Assembly (NCBI RefSeq): GCF_018977255.1
Contig: NW_024704749.1
Span: 7,564,001 to 7,628,000 of the forward strand
DNA length: 64,000 nt
Direction: 5' to 3'
From: Callorhinchus milii
Taxonomy: Eukaryota
Positions 24,617 through 64,000 of the stretch are shown in pieces. How positions within the stretch are numbered: position 1 is the stretch's first letter; every line of letters starts with the position of its first letter. The translations under genes and the position numbers were made by a program. The notes beneath the pieces are model-generated. The model ran no database searches. It saw nothing but the letters and a program-made list of their open reading frames with translations, and was not told where the DNA came from.

Positions 24617-27600
24617 TTAACTAAGTTTCTGTAATAGTCTCTCCTCTGACAGGCTGAACTGAACACTGACAGACATCTCTGCTATGAACTTTTCACAGCT
24701 TCTTTACTTATCTGCTTGCAATAGCGGAGGTCTATCCGACAGACGTTGCCACAACGTTTGAAGTAGGCCAGGCATTGGTCAGTGACTCGATTGCAAACTG
24801 GAGAAAAAGGGACATTTTCAGTCGCTGTGCGTAACCTTTTGCACTGAAATTACACTTCAGCCGTTCACACTGATATAAACTTGTTGCGCTCTCTCCTCTC
24901 CCCTCTCTCCTTCCCACCAACCATGCAGTCAAATAGCCCCCTGATCCCACTCATTGCCAAATTTAAACAGGCTCATTCGTTCTCAGGTGTCGGTAGCACT
25001 TTTGCTTCGGAGTCAGAATGTGGGTTCAAGCCAGTTCCCGATGTGCACTTTTGAGGTTTCAGTCTGGGTGTCTGAGGAGGCATTACACTGAGATCCCTTT
25101 TGCTTGTTCAGGTGCATTCCCCGCCCCCCCCCAACATTTCCAAATAGTCAGAAAACTCAGGTTCTTTGAGACATTGATGCAATAGCCACTCTTCTCAAAT
25201 GTAATGACTTATTATTCCTCAATTTCATGCCCGGGTGGGGGGTGGGGGGAAGGACAGGCTGGGTCATTGGTAATGGCCATTGACTTGAATTTGGAGACTA
25301 CAGAAATAACTGGACAGATATTAAGTGGGACAGAACAGAACAATATCCACAGGAGTCGTTTTTAACAGGATATCATCTCAAATGGACTGTAATCACATTG
25401 CTAGCATGCAAGGCGGTTTTAACTCCGCTAACCTCCGTGCGTTCCAATAGGAATGGTTTGATCCTAGCGCGCGTTTCTGACCTGATAGGTTGATCTCCGT
25501 CAAGGAATCCCTGGTGCTGCTGCCCACCGCGGTGAGCAAGTTCATCGACTGGTCGGTTAGGTGATTGCAGTAACTGAGATCCAGTTTGGCGAGCAGCGGC
25601 ATGTGGCGGATTATAAGCCGGAGTGTCGAGTCCGTGACATCCAGCCCGCCCAGGCGCAGGTCCATCACGTTACGTAGCTTGCTACGATTGTCGATCTGGC
25701 CTTCATAGTCGAGACGGGCAACAGTTTCAGGCAGCAATAAGACTGATATTTCCATCTACCAACCCATCCAATCAACCTCCAAAAGGATTCCTTGCGCCCG
25801 TCTATTCTCATAAAAACCCCAACCCAAACTCTCCACATTCCCCCACCCCCTTCAAGATTCACTTGGGTTCTGTCAACCTTAATGTTTCCTTATTTGTACT
25901 TGCTAGTGCCAGTGTGCCCATAAAGTTATAGCTAATCTCCAATGAAAGACCACAGGTTGATTCTTCATTAAACATTAGTTCAGGAAGCCTTGCAAAATGG
26001 ACCCAGATTGCCCGGCGCCATTCCTGGGTCTAACCCTGCAGGTGGACGTCCACAGCAGTTTCTTACCTGGTCTGTTGTCAGTTGGAGGGGAGAGCAAATC
26101 TCTCATCTGAGCGTCTTTCAGTCCTTCCACCCATCTGAGGTCGAGGATCCTGAGCAAAGGGCAACTGGAACTACAGAGGGCAGAGATCGCTGCCCAGGAA
26201 CAGCCTGAGACAACCAAGTCCTTCAGACCTAAAGGAAGGAGATGAAAGAGATTGTGAATGTGAGTAACCAATGGCCAAGTGGAGACTGCCCAAAAACCAC
26301 TATAGGAGGTTGGGCCTTTAGCCTTTTTCAATCTCCCTCTGGAACCCATTCCAGAGCCTCTCCCTTGCCTCCTTCAAGGCCCGTCTCAAGAATCTCCTCT
26401 TCAACAGTGCCATTGGTTACTTTCCCACCACCATCCCCTTCCCCATGCCCTCCACCCCTCTCTGATTCCAACCGGCAGCTCGGGTGCAAACCCTTTAATG
26501 TCCAGGGCCTTGGGACGCCCTCGTATGACAATATCAAGGACGACATGAAAGAATTTATATAGCGCCACTCACACAGGGCAGAGTCTCAGAGCTATATAAA
26601 TACAATGTGTTGTTGTAAAAGCAGTAGCAATACCTTGTATTGGCAACACCACCAACCTCCATTCCCAATAACACTTACCTGGCAGCCGGTTGATGAGCCA
26701 GGTGAGCTGTTTTTTCGAGATGTTTGTCCAGCTCAGGTCCAGGGTGACGGGTTGCCTCCTGATAATGCCACTCAGCATGAGGGGTGTAATCGATTTACAG
26801 CGATTCAAATCGATATTCGTCCACAACCTCTTGTCACAGCACCTGGGAAGCCAACGTGCAATTATTAAGCAAACACTTCGTAACACCTAGATCTCCCTTT
26901 GTGTAAGAGTAGTGATTAACCTCAGGCCTCCCTCACATCCTTAGACTTAGTAATAATAATCCTTACGTTTGATTTGCGGCTTATCACGTCACTGAGACGT
27001 CTCAAAGCGCTACTGTAAAGTGAATTGGCTGTGTATTTTGTGGCAGTCAATTGCACACAGCAGTGTCCCACAGAGTCGTGGATTGAGTGACATTTTATTT
27101 TGAGGGATTATTACCCCCGAAAAGCGATCCCCCAATCCACGAACAACTGGGTTCTTACTTACTGTTGGGTAAACAGAGGTGTGTGTGTGTGTGTGTGGAG
27201 TAAGGAAATTTGCCAAAGGTTTCGCCCTGCCCAGGAATTGAATCCAGGTCCTCTTGCCTGCGAGGCGAGCACGCTAACCACTACGCTATGGGATTGCAAC
27301 CTGCGACTCCCTGGCCTAAGCTGCCCTAGGCTGTGATGTTACCCACGGGGCCATTGGGGAGGAGAAAGCTTCCACCATGTTATTTTCTCCCTGTTGTAAG
27401 GTGCAGCATTACTCACACCTACCAGGGACAACACGGAGAGAGAACCTTTCTCTCAGGGGTCATCAGTGCAATGTGGAGGCAGCTGGAAGGGAGCGGTCAC
27501 CAACAATACTCTTCAGCTACTCAGGGGATGACTCTCAACTCCTCAATTGGTTTCAATTGTTGCACACACCTCCTACACACTCCAATTATAACAAATCCTT

Positions 27601-30025
27601 GCATTTGATATGGGCTGCTAATAGGAAATGACATCTCAAAAGCTCTTCACGAGCGTAGTAGCAGCGGTCTGTTAGGACGAGAGCAAAGAGGCTTACTACT
27701 ACGCTCTAACAAGTGAATGGGGTGGATTTTGTGGGTGTAAGAGCACGGGTGAGGTTGCTGTAGTTGTAAGTGTAGGTGTCAATTTTGTGGTGTTTCTGGG
27801 ACAGTGCAGGGCGCAAACTGGCTGCCGCGTTTCACCAGCAAAATTCACAGTCACTGCACTTTACAGTATATTCTGTGAAGCGCTTTCGGAGACGTCTCAA
27901 GGACGTGATAAAGAGCTATACCAAATCCAACGATTAGTATTATTATATATACACACACACAACACCTTGCATTTATATAGTGTCCTTCAAGTGGGGTAGC
28001 GCCCCTGGAGCGCTAAAAATATCATCATAAATAAATATTAGCGCTTATATATAATTATTGTCAACATCATCATCATCGTCGTCAACATCATTATTATGAT
28101 TATTATTAATAAGGACAGACGAGAGGAACACAAGGCAGACACACAGCTTCACATCTCCCTGCCACTACTGGGGGAGGGGGGGGGGGGTGAGAGAGAGAGA
28201 CTCCATTGAACACCCACCATCTGTTCCAGGTTTTGCAGACCCTCATACAGACGCACAGGTCCCTGCGGCTGAGGGAGCCGAAGACAGCCATCCACACCTC
28301 CCTCTGAATCACGTGGTCCTCCCCGTCCACCAGGGGGAGCGAGTCCGGGGGCGGGCTGACGGGCGGGGGCCTGATGACGTGACGCTCCATGGGGATGAAC
28401 TTGGTGGGCGAGATGGAGGGTGGGGGGCGGGCGATGACCCTGGGAGCTCGGCGTAAGCCACCCCCTTCCCCCCCGCCCAGCGGGTGCCGTAGCCTGGCTG
28501 CCCCGTTCAGCCCTTTGCCGAGCCGGTGCAGTTTGTCACCGCTGGCCGGCTGGCGCTTGGGCTTCTCCGCTTTCTCCACGTCCCCTTCGGTCTTGATGGG
28601 CTGTTGGTTCTCGTTGGCCAGGCTGCTCTCCGTCTTGTGGATCTCCAGGTTGAGCTCTTTGCTCAACTCTTTGCTCAGCTCCTTGTTGTGAAGGCGTTTC
28701 TTCCTCTTCTCTCTCTGCCGCTCGCTCCTCTCCCTGTCCTTCTCCCTGTCCTTCTCCCTGTCCTTCTCCCTGTCCCTCTCCCTGTCCCTCTCCTTGTCCT
28801 TGGACGGGTCGGTCTCGGAGCTGGGACCGGCTCGAGGGGAGCTGGAGCGAGATTGGTCGCTCTCCTTGGCTCGTTGCGGAGTGAGAGGTACTGAGCCGAG
28901 CTGGGGATCGTCCTCAGGCTCCTGCTTGATGTTACGCAGCGACTTGATGGGGGTGCAGTGGTCTTCGTTCGGGAGTAAAGACCGTTTCTATTCGAGTGGG
29001 GACAAACGAAAAAGAATTTACAACAACAACTTTTCACCCCAGTTTCTGTCCTGACCGACAAAATCCTCCAACAAAATAAATTGGGGTCACTCACTTCCTG
29101 GCCGTTCTGAGGGATGTCGCTGTGTGCAAATTGGCTGCTACGTTCGTACATTGATAATAATGATAATAATAACAATCCTTGCATTCGATAAGGCACCTTA
29201 TCAGGTCATTGAGACGTCACAAAGCACCGCAAAAAAATAAAATAATAATCCTTGCATGATATAGCCTTTTCACGTCGAGACGTCCAAAGCGCTTCACGAA
29301 TATATGTATAATTGACTGTAATTTTGAAGACCATTTTTTGTTTTGTGGGGCGAAAATTACACTTTGGCGAATGCAAATCCTTGCTGAAACTGCTCTTTGA
29401 GACGGTCCTCAGCCGTGTACGTGGAAAGGCGCTAAACTAAATGGAAGGATTTGCGTTCATACAGCAGCTTTCACGATGGGAGGATGCCTCAAAGTGCTTC
29501 ACACAACTAATAATACGCCCCGGGGGTAAAACAGTAAGATTTTTTTTGAAGGGGAAAAAAATAAAGATTATTGTTAAGTAAAAACGAATACCTTTTTCCT
29601 CATGAGTTTCTCCTCCTTCCCAATCTTGAGCTGCGGGGAAAAGAAACAGGTTCTAGGTTACCATTAACCCATAGAGATTATTCCAATTGTACGTTCACAA
29701 GATCGAGAGAGATAGAGATAGAAAGGAAGCACCTTAAAATCCACATCCTTTGCTTGACAATGGCAGAGCATGTCTCCAAGCCGGAATAACAATTATTAAT
29801 AATAATAATAATAATCCTTGCATTCAATACAGCTCCTTATCACATTTTGTAGAGTCTCAGAGGGCTTCACAGAATATACGGTAAAGTGAATTGACTGTGT
29901 ATTTTGTGGGCGAAAAGATATAATTCAGCCTCGCTCGAGAAACAGACCATGTTGTAAACCCAGCCCCCGATTTAGAGACGGCAACAAGTCACCTTTTTCC
30001 TAACGATGGGCTCAGAGAGCCTGTC
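24617..30025 (-). pseudogene. KDM2B: Partial KDM2B copy 1 (3' exons only, promoterless, 1-nt frameshift in last exon)
   Basis: Exons 29993-30025 (truncated), 29592-29630, 28218-28987, 26679-26842, 26067-26228, 25482-25700, 24617-24797 (181 nt versus 182 in the intact gene; cacagcttc versus cacagccttc). May be an assembly duplicate. Confidence 0.75.
26950..27298 (-). mobile_element. tRNA-derived SINE (copies at ~33445-33790 and ~39945-40283)
   Basis: Family tail and head, triplicated with segment B. Confidence 0.85.
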
Positions 30026-33000
30026 TCCCAGTGCTCTGCCCATCAGTGCCTCAAATGTCTATCGAACCACTAAGCTTCGCTCTCAGTACCTGTGAAGTGC
30101 TTTTGACTCGTTGCGAGGCAATAAGGTGCTATCAAAATGGCAGTTCTTTCATTTCGAATAACACTCTCCCATTAGATGTAAAAATAAGAGGGCACGCATC
30201 GCTGAAGACAAAAGTTTTATACAAAGTCAGCAATGACAAAATGGCAACAGCAATTAAGTGGTAAACCAACATCAGTCACCTAACAGTATTGTGGCTGCTT
30301 CAATGCCCCTTGTTTTGAGAGGCATGCAATGATGGCACATACAAACATCACACAGATCAACCCACATGGTCATTGAAACATGTGTAATTGTACAGAGATT
30401 AAACCACCAGCGAGCGAACGACTGATGGGAAGGAAGGAATCTGATATTGTAAGAATGGGAGAATTTGGAAATATTGATTTTTTTTCACAGTACTGTACTC
30501 TCAATAAAGTAATTTCTGTACAAAAATATTTCTGGATAATGTACGATGGTTAAGAGTGTAGCAAAACAGAACATTATTTATAACCAGGTTGAAATGACTC
30601 CCAATATACGGTCGGATATGTCCACAATTTTTTTTTTTCGTTTTTAAGACTGCGGCCGGTTTTAAAAAGGAACAAAAAATAAAAATTTACAATGTACATG
30701 CCCCTAATTGTAATTCGTGCATGGAAATGTTGCGTTCAATCTGTTATTTTCTTCTCCCTCTCGCTTTTCCCTCCGTGTTCGGTCAAACGCTCGTGAATGG
30801 GTGTGGGTTTCTTCATTTTATATATATATATATATATATAATATATATATACAGACACACACACACATTTAAAACATAAAGTTTTGTACTTCGGAGTGAT
30901 GTTTTTAAGCCAGTAGAAAAGTTTCTGGTTCAAAGTAAGCAGCTTCTGTTGCTGAACAGTGTTTTCAATCTCTCCGCTCCACCAGCCCAATCCAGGCTTT
31001 TCCTGTGTTTGAAGCGGAAGCTGGGAGTAATTAAATGACAGGGAGCAGAACGTCCGATGTCCCTCCTTCACGGACACAAGTCTCCAAGTGTCCCTTCAAC
31101 TGGGTTTCCTGCAGTTAACTAAGTTTCTGTAATAGTCTCTCCTCTGACAGGCTGAACTGAACACTGACAGACATCTCTGCTATGAACTTTTCACAGCCTT
31201 CTTTACTTATCTGCTTGCAATAGCGGAGGTCTATCCGACAGACGTTGCCACAACGTTTGAAGTAGGCCAGGCATTGGTCAGTGACTCGATTGCAAACTGG
31301 AGAAAAAGGGACATTTTCAGTCGCTGTGCGTAACCTTTTGCACTGAAATTACACTTCAGCCGTTCACACTGATATAAACTTGTTGCGCTCTCTCCTCTCC
31401 CCTCTCTCCTTCCCACCAACCATGCAGTCAAATAGCCCCCTGATCCCACTCATTGCCAAATTTAAACAGGCTCATTCGTTCTCAGGTGTCGGTAGCACTT
31501 TTGCTTCGGAGTCAGAATGTGGGTTCAAGCCAGTTCCCGATGTGCACTTTTGAGGTTTCAGTCTGGGTGTCTGAGGAGGCATTACACTGAGATCCCTTTT
31601 GCTTGTTCAGGTGCATTCCCCGCCCCCCCCCAACATTTCCAAATAGTCAGAAAACTCAGGTTCTTTGAGACATTGATGCAATAGCCACTCTTCTCAAATG
31701 TAATGACTTATTATTCCTCAATTTCATGCCCGGGTGGGGGTGGGGGGAAGGACAGGCTGGGTCATTGGTAATGGCCATTGACTTGAATTTGGAGACTACA
31801 GAAATAACTGGACAGATATTAAGTGGGACAGAACAGAACAATATCCACAGGAGTCGTTTTTAACAGGATATCATCTCAAATGGACTGTAATCACATTGCT
31901 AGCATGCAAGGCGGTTTTAACTCCGCTAACCTCCGTGCGTTCCAATAGGAATGGTTTGATCCTAGCGCGCGTTTCTGACCTGATAGGTTGATCTCCGTCA
32001 AGGAATCCCTGGTGCTGCTGCCCACCGCGGTGAGCAAGTTCATCGACTGGTCGGTTAGGTGATTGCAGTAACTGAGATCCAGTTTGGCGAGCAGCGGCAT
32101 GTGGCGGATTATAAGCCGGAGTGTCGAGTCCGTGACATCCAGCCCGCCCAGGCGCAGGTCCATCACGTTACGTAGCTTGCTACGATTGTCGATCTGGCCT
32201 TCATAGTCGAGACGGGCAACAGTTTCAGGCAGCAATAAGACTGATATTTCCATCTACCAACCCATCCAATCAACCTCCAAAAGGATTCCTTGCGCCCGTC
32301 TATTCTCATAAAAACCCCAACCCAAACTCTCCACATTCCCCCACCCCCTTCAAGATTCACTTGGGTTCCGTCAACCTTAATGTTTCCTTATTTGTACTTG
32401 CTAGTGCCAGTGCGCCCATAAAGTTATAGCTAATCTCCAATGAAAGACCACAGGTTGATTCTTCATTAAACATCAGTTCAGGAAGCCTTGCAAAATGGAC
32501 CCAGATTGCCCGGCGCCATTCCTGGGTCTAACCCTGCAGGTGGACGTCCACAGCAGTTTCTTACCTGGTCTGTTGTCAGTTGGAGGGGAGAGCAAATCTC
32601 TCATCTGAGCGTCTTTCAGTCCTTCCACCCATCTGAGGTCGAGGATCCTGAGCAAAGGGCAACTGGAACTACAGAGGGCAGAGATCGCTGCCAGGAACAG
32701 CCTGAGACAACCAAGTCCTTCAGACCTAAAGGAAGGAGATGAAAGAGATTGTGAATGTGAGTAACCAATGGCCAAGTGGAGACTGCCCAAAAACCACTAT
32801 AGGAGGTTGGGCCTTTAGCCTTTTTCAATCTCCCTCTGGAACCCATTCCAAGCCTCTCCCTTGCCTCCTTCAAGGCCCGTCTCAAGAATCTCCTCTTCAA
32901 CAGTGCCATTGGTTACTTTCCCACCACCATCCCCTTCCCCATGCCCTCCACCCCTCTCTGATTCCAACCGGCAGCTCGGGTGCAAACCCTTTAATGTCCA

Positions 33001-34014
33001 GGGCCTTGGGACGCCCTCGTATGACAATATCAAGGACGACATGAAAGAATTTATATAGCGCCACTCACACAGGGCAGAGTCTCAGAGCTATATAAATACA
33101 ATGTTTGTTGTAAAAGCAGTAGCAATACCTTGTATTGGCAACACCACCAACCTCCATTCCCAATAACACTTACCTGGCAGCCGGTTGATGAGCCAGGTGA
33201 GCTGTTTTTTCGAGATGTTTGTCCAGCTCAGGTCCAGGGTGACGGGTTGCCTCCTGATAATGCCACTCAGCATGAGGGGTGTAATCGATTTACAGCGATT
33301 CAAATCGATATTCGTCCACAACCTCTTGTCACAGCACCTGGGAAGCCAACGTGCAATTATTAAGCAAACACTTCGTAACACCTAGATCTCCCTTTGTGTA
33401 AGAGTAGTGATTAACCTCAGGCCTCCCTCACATCCTTAGACTTAGTAATAATAATCCTTACGTTTGATTTGCGGCTTATCACGTCACTGAGACGTCTCAA
33501 AGCGCTACTGTAAAGTGAATTGGCTGTGTATTTTGTGGCAGTCAATTGCACACAGCAGTGTCCCACAGAGTCGTGGATTGAGTGACATTTTATTTTGAGG
33601 GATTATTACCCCCGAAAAGCGATCCCCCAATCCACGAACAACTGGGTTCTTACTTACTGTTGGGTAAACAGAGGTGTGTGTGTGTGTGTGTAGTAAGGAA
33701 ATTTGCCTAAGGTTTCGCCCTGCCCAGGAATTGAATCCAGGTCCTCTTGCCTGCGAGGCGAGCACGCTAACCACTACGCTATGGGATTGCAACCTGCGAC
33801 TCCCTGGCCTAAGCTGCCCTAGGCCGTGATGTTACCCACGGGCCATTGGGGAGGAGAAAGCTTCCACCATGTTATTTTCTCCCTGTTGTAAGGTGCAGCA
33901 TTACTCACACCTACCAGGGACAACACGGAGAGAAACCTTTCTCTCAGGGGTCATCAGTGCAATGTGGAGGCAGCTGGAAGGGAGCGGTCACCAACAATAC
34001 TCTTCAGCTACTCA
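30024..34014 (+). repeat. Triplicated segment B, middle copy
   Basis: Matches 23530-27523 and ~36517-40513. Confidence 0.95.
31115..33337 (-). pseudogene. KDM2B: Partial KDM2B copy 2 (last four exons, 1-nt frameshift)
   Basis: Exons 33174-33337, 32565-32725 (161 versus 162 nt; gctgccagg versus gctgcccagg), 31980-32198, 31115-31296. Confidence 0.75.
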
Positions 34015-34141
34015 AACTGCACACACAATTTGGAAGCAAATCAGCAATGAGGAAACTAACCCGATGTGGTTTGTGAAAGCTACTGAAGAGATGCACACAG
34101 CTTGAAGAATCTTTCTTATTAATCGTGTTTGTTTCTCGCAG

Positions 34142-35153
34142 GTAAACGATCCCAGTCCTGACATCCCTCCAAAACGAACACGAGCCTCATTGTCGGACCT
34201 GTCCAGTATTAACGACATTGAGGAGCTGACTGTACGTCAGCTGAAGGAAATCCTGGCTCGCAATTTTGTCAACTACTCGGGTTGCTGTGAAAAATGGGAA
34301 TTGGTGGAACGAGTAAGCAGGTTATACAAAGAGACAGAAGAAAACCGCAAGGCGTGTAAGTCTGCTTTTACAAGCTGAAATGTGTTATGATGAGAAGTAC
34401 ATTTTTTAATTCGTTTTGTTTTTTTAAAAAAAAAATTATTTATTTTCCAGTGGAAAACGGAAACAACCCAGAGGCAGCGACTGGTAAGTTCCCGGCCATA
34501 TTTCTGTTAGTTACAACAACAACAACAACAAGATTCCATTTATAGAGCGCCTTTCACGTTGGGAGGACGTCCCAAGGCGCTGTTACACGTTACAGTAGGA
34601 GTGAGAGTAAAGCTGCTTCACCCCCAAGAGACAGACAGTTCACTTTTAAGCATTTTGAGACGTCTTAAAGACCTGATAAGGCGCAATATCAAATGCAAAG
34701 ATTATTATATAAGTTCCTTATTTTCCCAAAATTCTTAAGAGGGATTTTAAATCCATTTCATTTTAGGCTGATACTTCTTGATAAGGCGCTGTGTCGAATG
34801 CAAGGATTATTATTATTATTTTATAATTAAATTAAAATGCACTTAAAAATAAAGGGCGACAAGTTTACACATGATTATAATGAAGACCGCAGACATTACC
34901 TGCAGGAGTGTCTGATTGAGAGCCTTGTTGATGCTCCGCTTGATGTTAGCCAGCCATTTCCCTTTCAGAAGGAGAGAAGATGCAGTTGGGCAGCGACGAG
35001 AACCTGTGCCGGATCTGCATGGACTCAGCGATCGACTGCGTGCTCCTGGAGTGCGGACACATGGTCACCTGCACCAAGTGCGGCAAGAGAATGAGCGAGT
35101 GCCCCATTTGCCGGCAGTATGTGGTTCGGGCAGTGCACGTCTTCAAGTCTTAA
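34142..35153 (+). pseudogene. RNF34: Orphan duplicate of RNF34 exons 4-6 (reading frame intact, no promoter)
   Basis: Exons 34142-34355, 34451-34483, 34969-35153. Matches the first copy apart from a synonymous GGT/GGC change that I could see. Confidence 0.75.
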
Positions 35154-37607
35154 GAACCGAGAGCAGGTCGCATTGCGCATTACCAGAGATCTGGCTTTTA
35201 ACTGATCAGGATGCTTGATAAACCCATGGATTAAAACGAGTCAATGTTATCAGTAACGCCGGTTAATTTTTTTTTATCATTCGGACATTTGATTTTTTTT
35301 GCAGGGAAAAAAAAATGATTTTTAGTCTTACTAACAATTTATCATAGTTGCTTATTGACTGGAAGCCTTACAGAAATCAGTGCACAACAAAGCTACTTAC
35401 ATTATTAACCTTAAGGTGCATAAAAAACGATCCAAGTTAAATCTGTTTTGACCACTAGAATCGACAGCTAGAACCTGCAACTCAAACGGACACATTGCAA
35501 AAAAAAGTTGGAAGAAAATTCTATTTTGAACTTTTCGTATAATTTTATAAGTCTCCTGGAATTTTACTTTTCAAGGATTAAGTTGGTCAGTAGCTTAGTC
35601 ATTGTGCTGTGTATATGTGTGTGTGTGCACACATGTGTGCGTGTGAGAGAGAAATCAGCTTTTGACAGAAAGGAGACCCCGTTTGTGTGACTTCAAGACG
35701 TTATCAGTATGTTCGGCTAACAGTTGTATCCATCACAATTTACTCCCTCGCTCCCAACTTACCTTTTTGTATATCTGGAGGTTTTGAAATTCATTTTATT
35801 ATTTCTGCCATTTGACTAATAAATGAATTGGATTAAATGGAAGCTTAAGTCTTTGCAACAAAAGTGAATTGACGGACACTAAAATCAGTTCTCAACCTGC
35901 TTACCCCTTCCCAATTGTTTACTGGTTTTAATTCACTTTGTACCTTTCACTTTTAATTTGGACCCAGGTATTGATGGAAGGTTATACATACAATAAGTGG
36001 GAAGGAATAATAATAATAATAAAAAATTGGTCACTTCAATCTACGACTGTTTGTGGGACACTGCTGTGCGCAATTGGCTGCCACGTTTGCCAGCAAAATA
36101 TAAACTCAATTCACTTTACAGTATATTCTGTGCAGTGCTTTGAGACATCTCGAAGATGTGATAAGGTGCTATATTCAAATGCAAGGATTATTTTTATTAT
36201 AAGAAGAGGCTTTACAAATCAAAAAATCAGACTCATGCTGGTCTGGGTATCAATGGAGCCTATTCAGAATGGACCCAGTATAGCCTGTGCCAGCAGAACA
36301 TGGGTCTCGTCAAGAAACTCAATTCAGCAAAATCATTTTTATAATTTTCCTTCCATTTCTTTAAAGCAAGTAAATGTTTGCCTTTTCTTAATGATACACA
36401 TCTGTAATTGGACAGAAACTGTAACCTGTTCACTCAATACCTTTAGAGAACTTCCAACACCTACCTGCCAACCCCTCTACGCATAGTAAAGACCCTACTG
36501 CAAAAAGAGAAGAGTTTCTCCCAGTGCTCTGCCCATCAGTGCCTCAAATGTCTATCGAACCACTAAGCTTCGCTCTCAGTACCTGTGAAGTGCTTTTGAC
36601 TCGTTGCGAGGCAATAAGGTGCTATCAAAATGGCAGTTCTTTCATTTCGAATAACACTCTCCCATTAGATGTAAAAATAAGAGGGCACGCATCGCTGAAG
36701 ACAAAAGTTTTATACAAAGTCAGCAATGACAAAATGGCAACAGCAATTAAGTGGTAAACCAACATCAGTCACCTAACAGTATTGTGGCTGCTTCAATGCC
36801 CCTTGTTTTGAGAGGCATGCAATGATGGCACATACAAACATCACACAGATCAACCCACATGGTCATTGAAACATGTGTAATTGTACAGAGATTAAACCAC
36901 CAGCGAGCGAACGACTGATGGGAAGGGAAGGAATCTGATATTGTAAGAATGGGAGAATTTGGAAATATTGATTTTTTTTCACAGTACTGTACTCTCAATA
37001 AAGTAATTTCTGTACAAAAATATTTCTGGATAATGTACGATGGTTAAGAGTGTAGCAAAACAGAACATTATTTATAACCAGGTTGAAATGACTCCCAATA
37101 TACGGTCGGATATGTCCACAATTTTTTTTTTCGTTTTTAAGACTGCGGCCGGTTTTAAAAAGGAACAAAAAATAAAAATTTACAATGTACATGCCCCTAA
37201 TTGTAATTCGTGCATGGAAATGTTGCGTTCAATCTGTTATTTTCTTCTCCCTCTCGCTTTTCCCTCCGTGTTCGGTCAAACGCTCGTGAATGGGTGTGGG
37301 TTTCTTCATTTTATATATATATATATATATATAATATATATATACAGACACACACACACATTTAAAACATAAAGTTTTGTACTTCGGAGTGATGTTTTTA
37401 AGCCAGTAGAAAAGTTTCTGGTTCAAAGTAAGCAGCTTCTGTTGCTGAACAGTGTTTTCAATCTCTCCGCTCCACCAGCCCAATCCAGGCTTTTCCTGTG
37501 TTTGAAGCGGAAGCTGGGAGTAATTAAATGACAGGGAGCAGAACGTCCGATGTCCCTCCTTCACGGACACAAGTCTCCAAGTGTCCCTTCAACTGGGTTT
37601 CCTGCAG

Positions 37608-63597
<25,990 letters not shown>

Positions 63598-64000
63598 TGC
63601 TGAGAGAGCATTATTCTAAAGCGCCAATGCATCGCCCAGGATATTATATGGTGGTGTTGGAATCCACAAATAGATAAGTTTTTCACTCCCCTCCACAGCC
63701 CTGCACAGAAAGACACCATCTCTCTCTCTCTCTCTCTCTCCAGGAGTTACAGCTCATGTTACGTCATTGCACTTTTGCAAACCAACCCTCCCCATATACA
63801 CACACACACACACACACACACATACATACATGCACACACACACACACACACACAGACACACAGACTCCCTCCCCTCCCCTCCCACAAAAAAATACACCTT
63901 ACGTCATGTCATTTTTTTTTGCACAAACAAAAAATTTTCTTATTTGCTCCAATAAATCTGCATTGAATTTCCTGATGCCTTTTTTTTTGTGTGACTCTCT

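Larger units (their letters stand above)
21020..30025 (+). repeat. Segmental duplication unit, copy 1 (segments A+B+C)
   Basis: Near-identical to 34012-42895. The ORF track repeats at an offset of ~12.99 kb. Confidence 0.95.

Overview
Vertebrate nuclear DNA. The tRNA-SINE, DeuSINE, L2 and CR1 repeats and the compact introns point to a cartilaginous fish, possibly a chimaera (inference). The window holds the conserved ANAPC5(-) / RNF34(+) / KDM2B(-) block. I reconstructed all three genes by hand from GT-AG sites with consistent phases: ANAPC5 has 17 coding exons (760 aa), RNF34 has 6 (346 aa) and KDM2B has 22 (1273 aa), plus the internal first exon of the short KDM2B-SF isoform. Two structural oddities stand out. 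(1) At the left edge (~60-490) is a diverged, inverted copy of the RNF34 promoter and first exon, pointing out of the window. It keeps a six-box CCAAT array, a 14-codon uORF whose stop overlaps the main ATG, the ATGAAG|GT donor and an intronic heat-shock element. (2) A direct ABC-B-ABC (duplication-triplication-duplication) arrangement spans 21.0-42.9 kb and copies the convergent 3' ends of RNF34 and KDM2B. Its junctions have 2-3 bp microhomology, but several signs suggest an uncollapsed-haplotype or long-read assembly artefact. No CRISPR array, rRNA or genuine tRNA gene was found. Most short ORFs in the track come from simple repeats.
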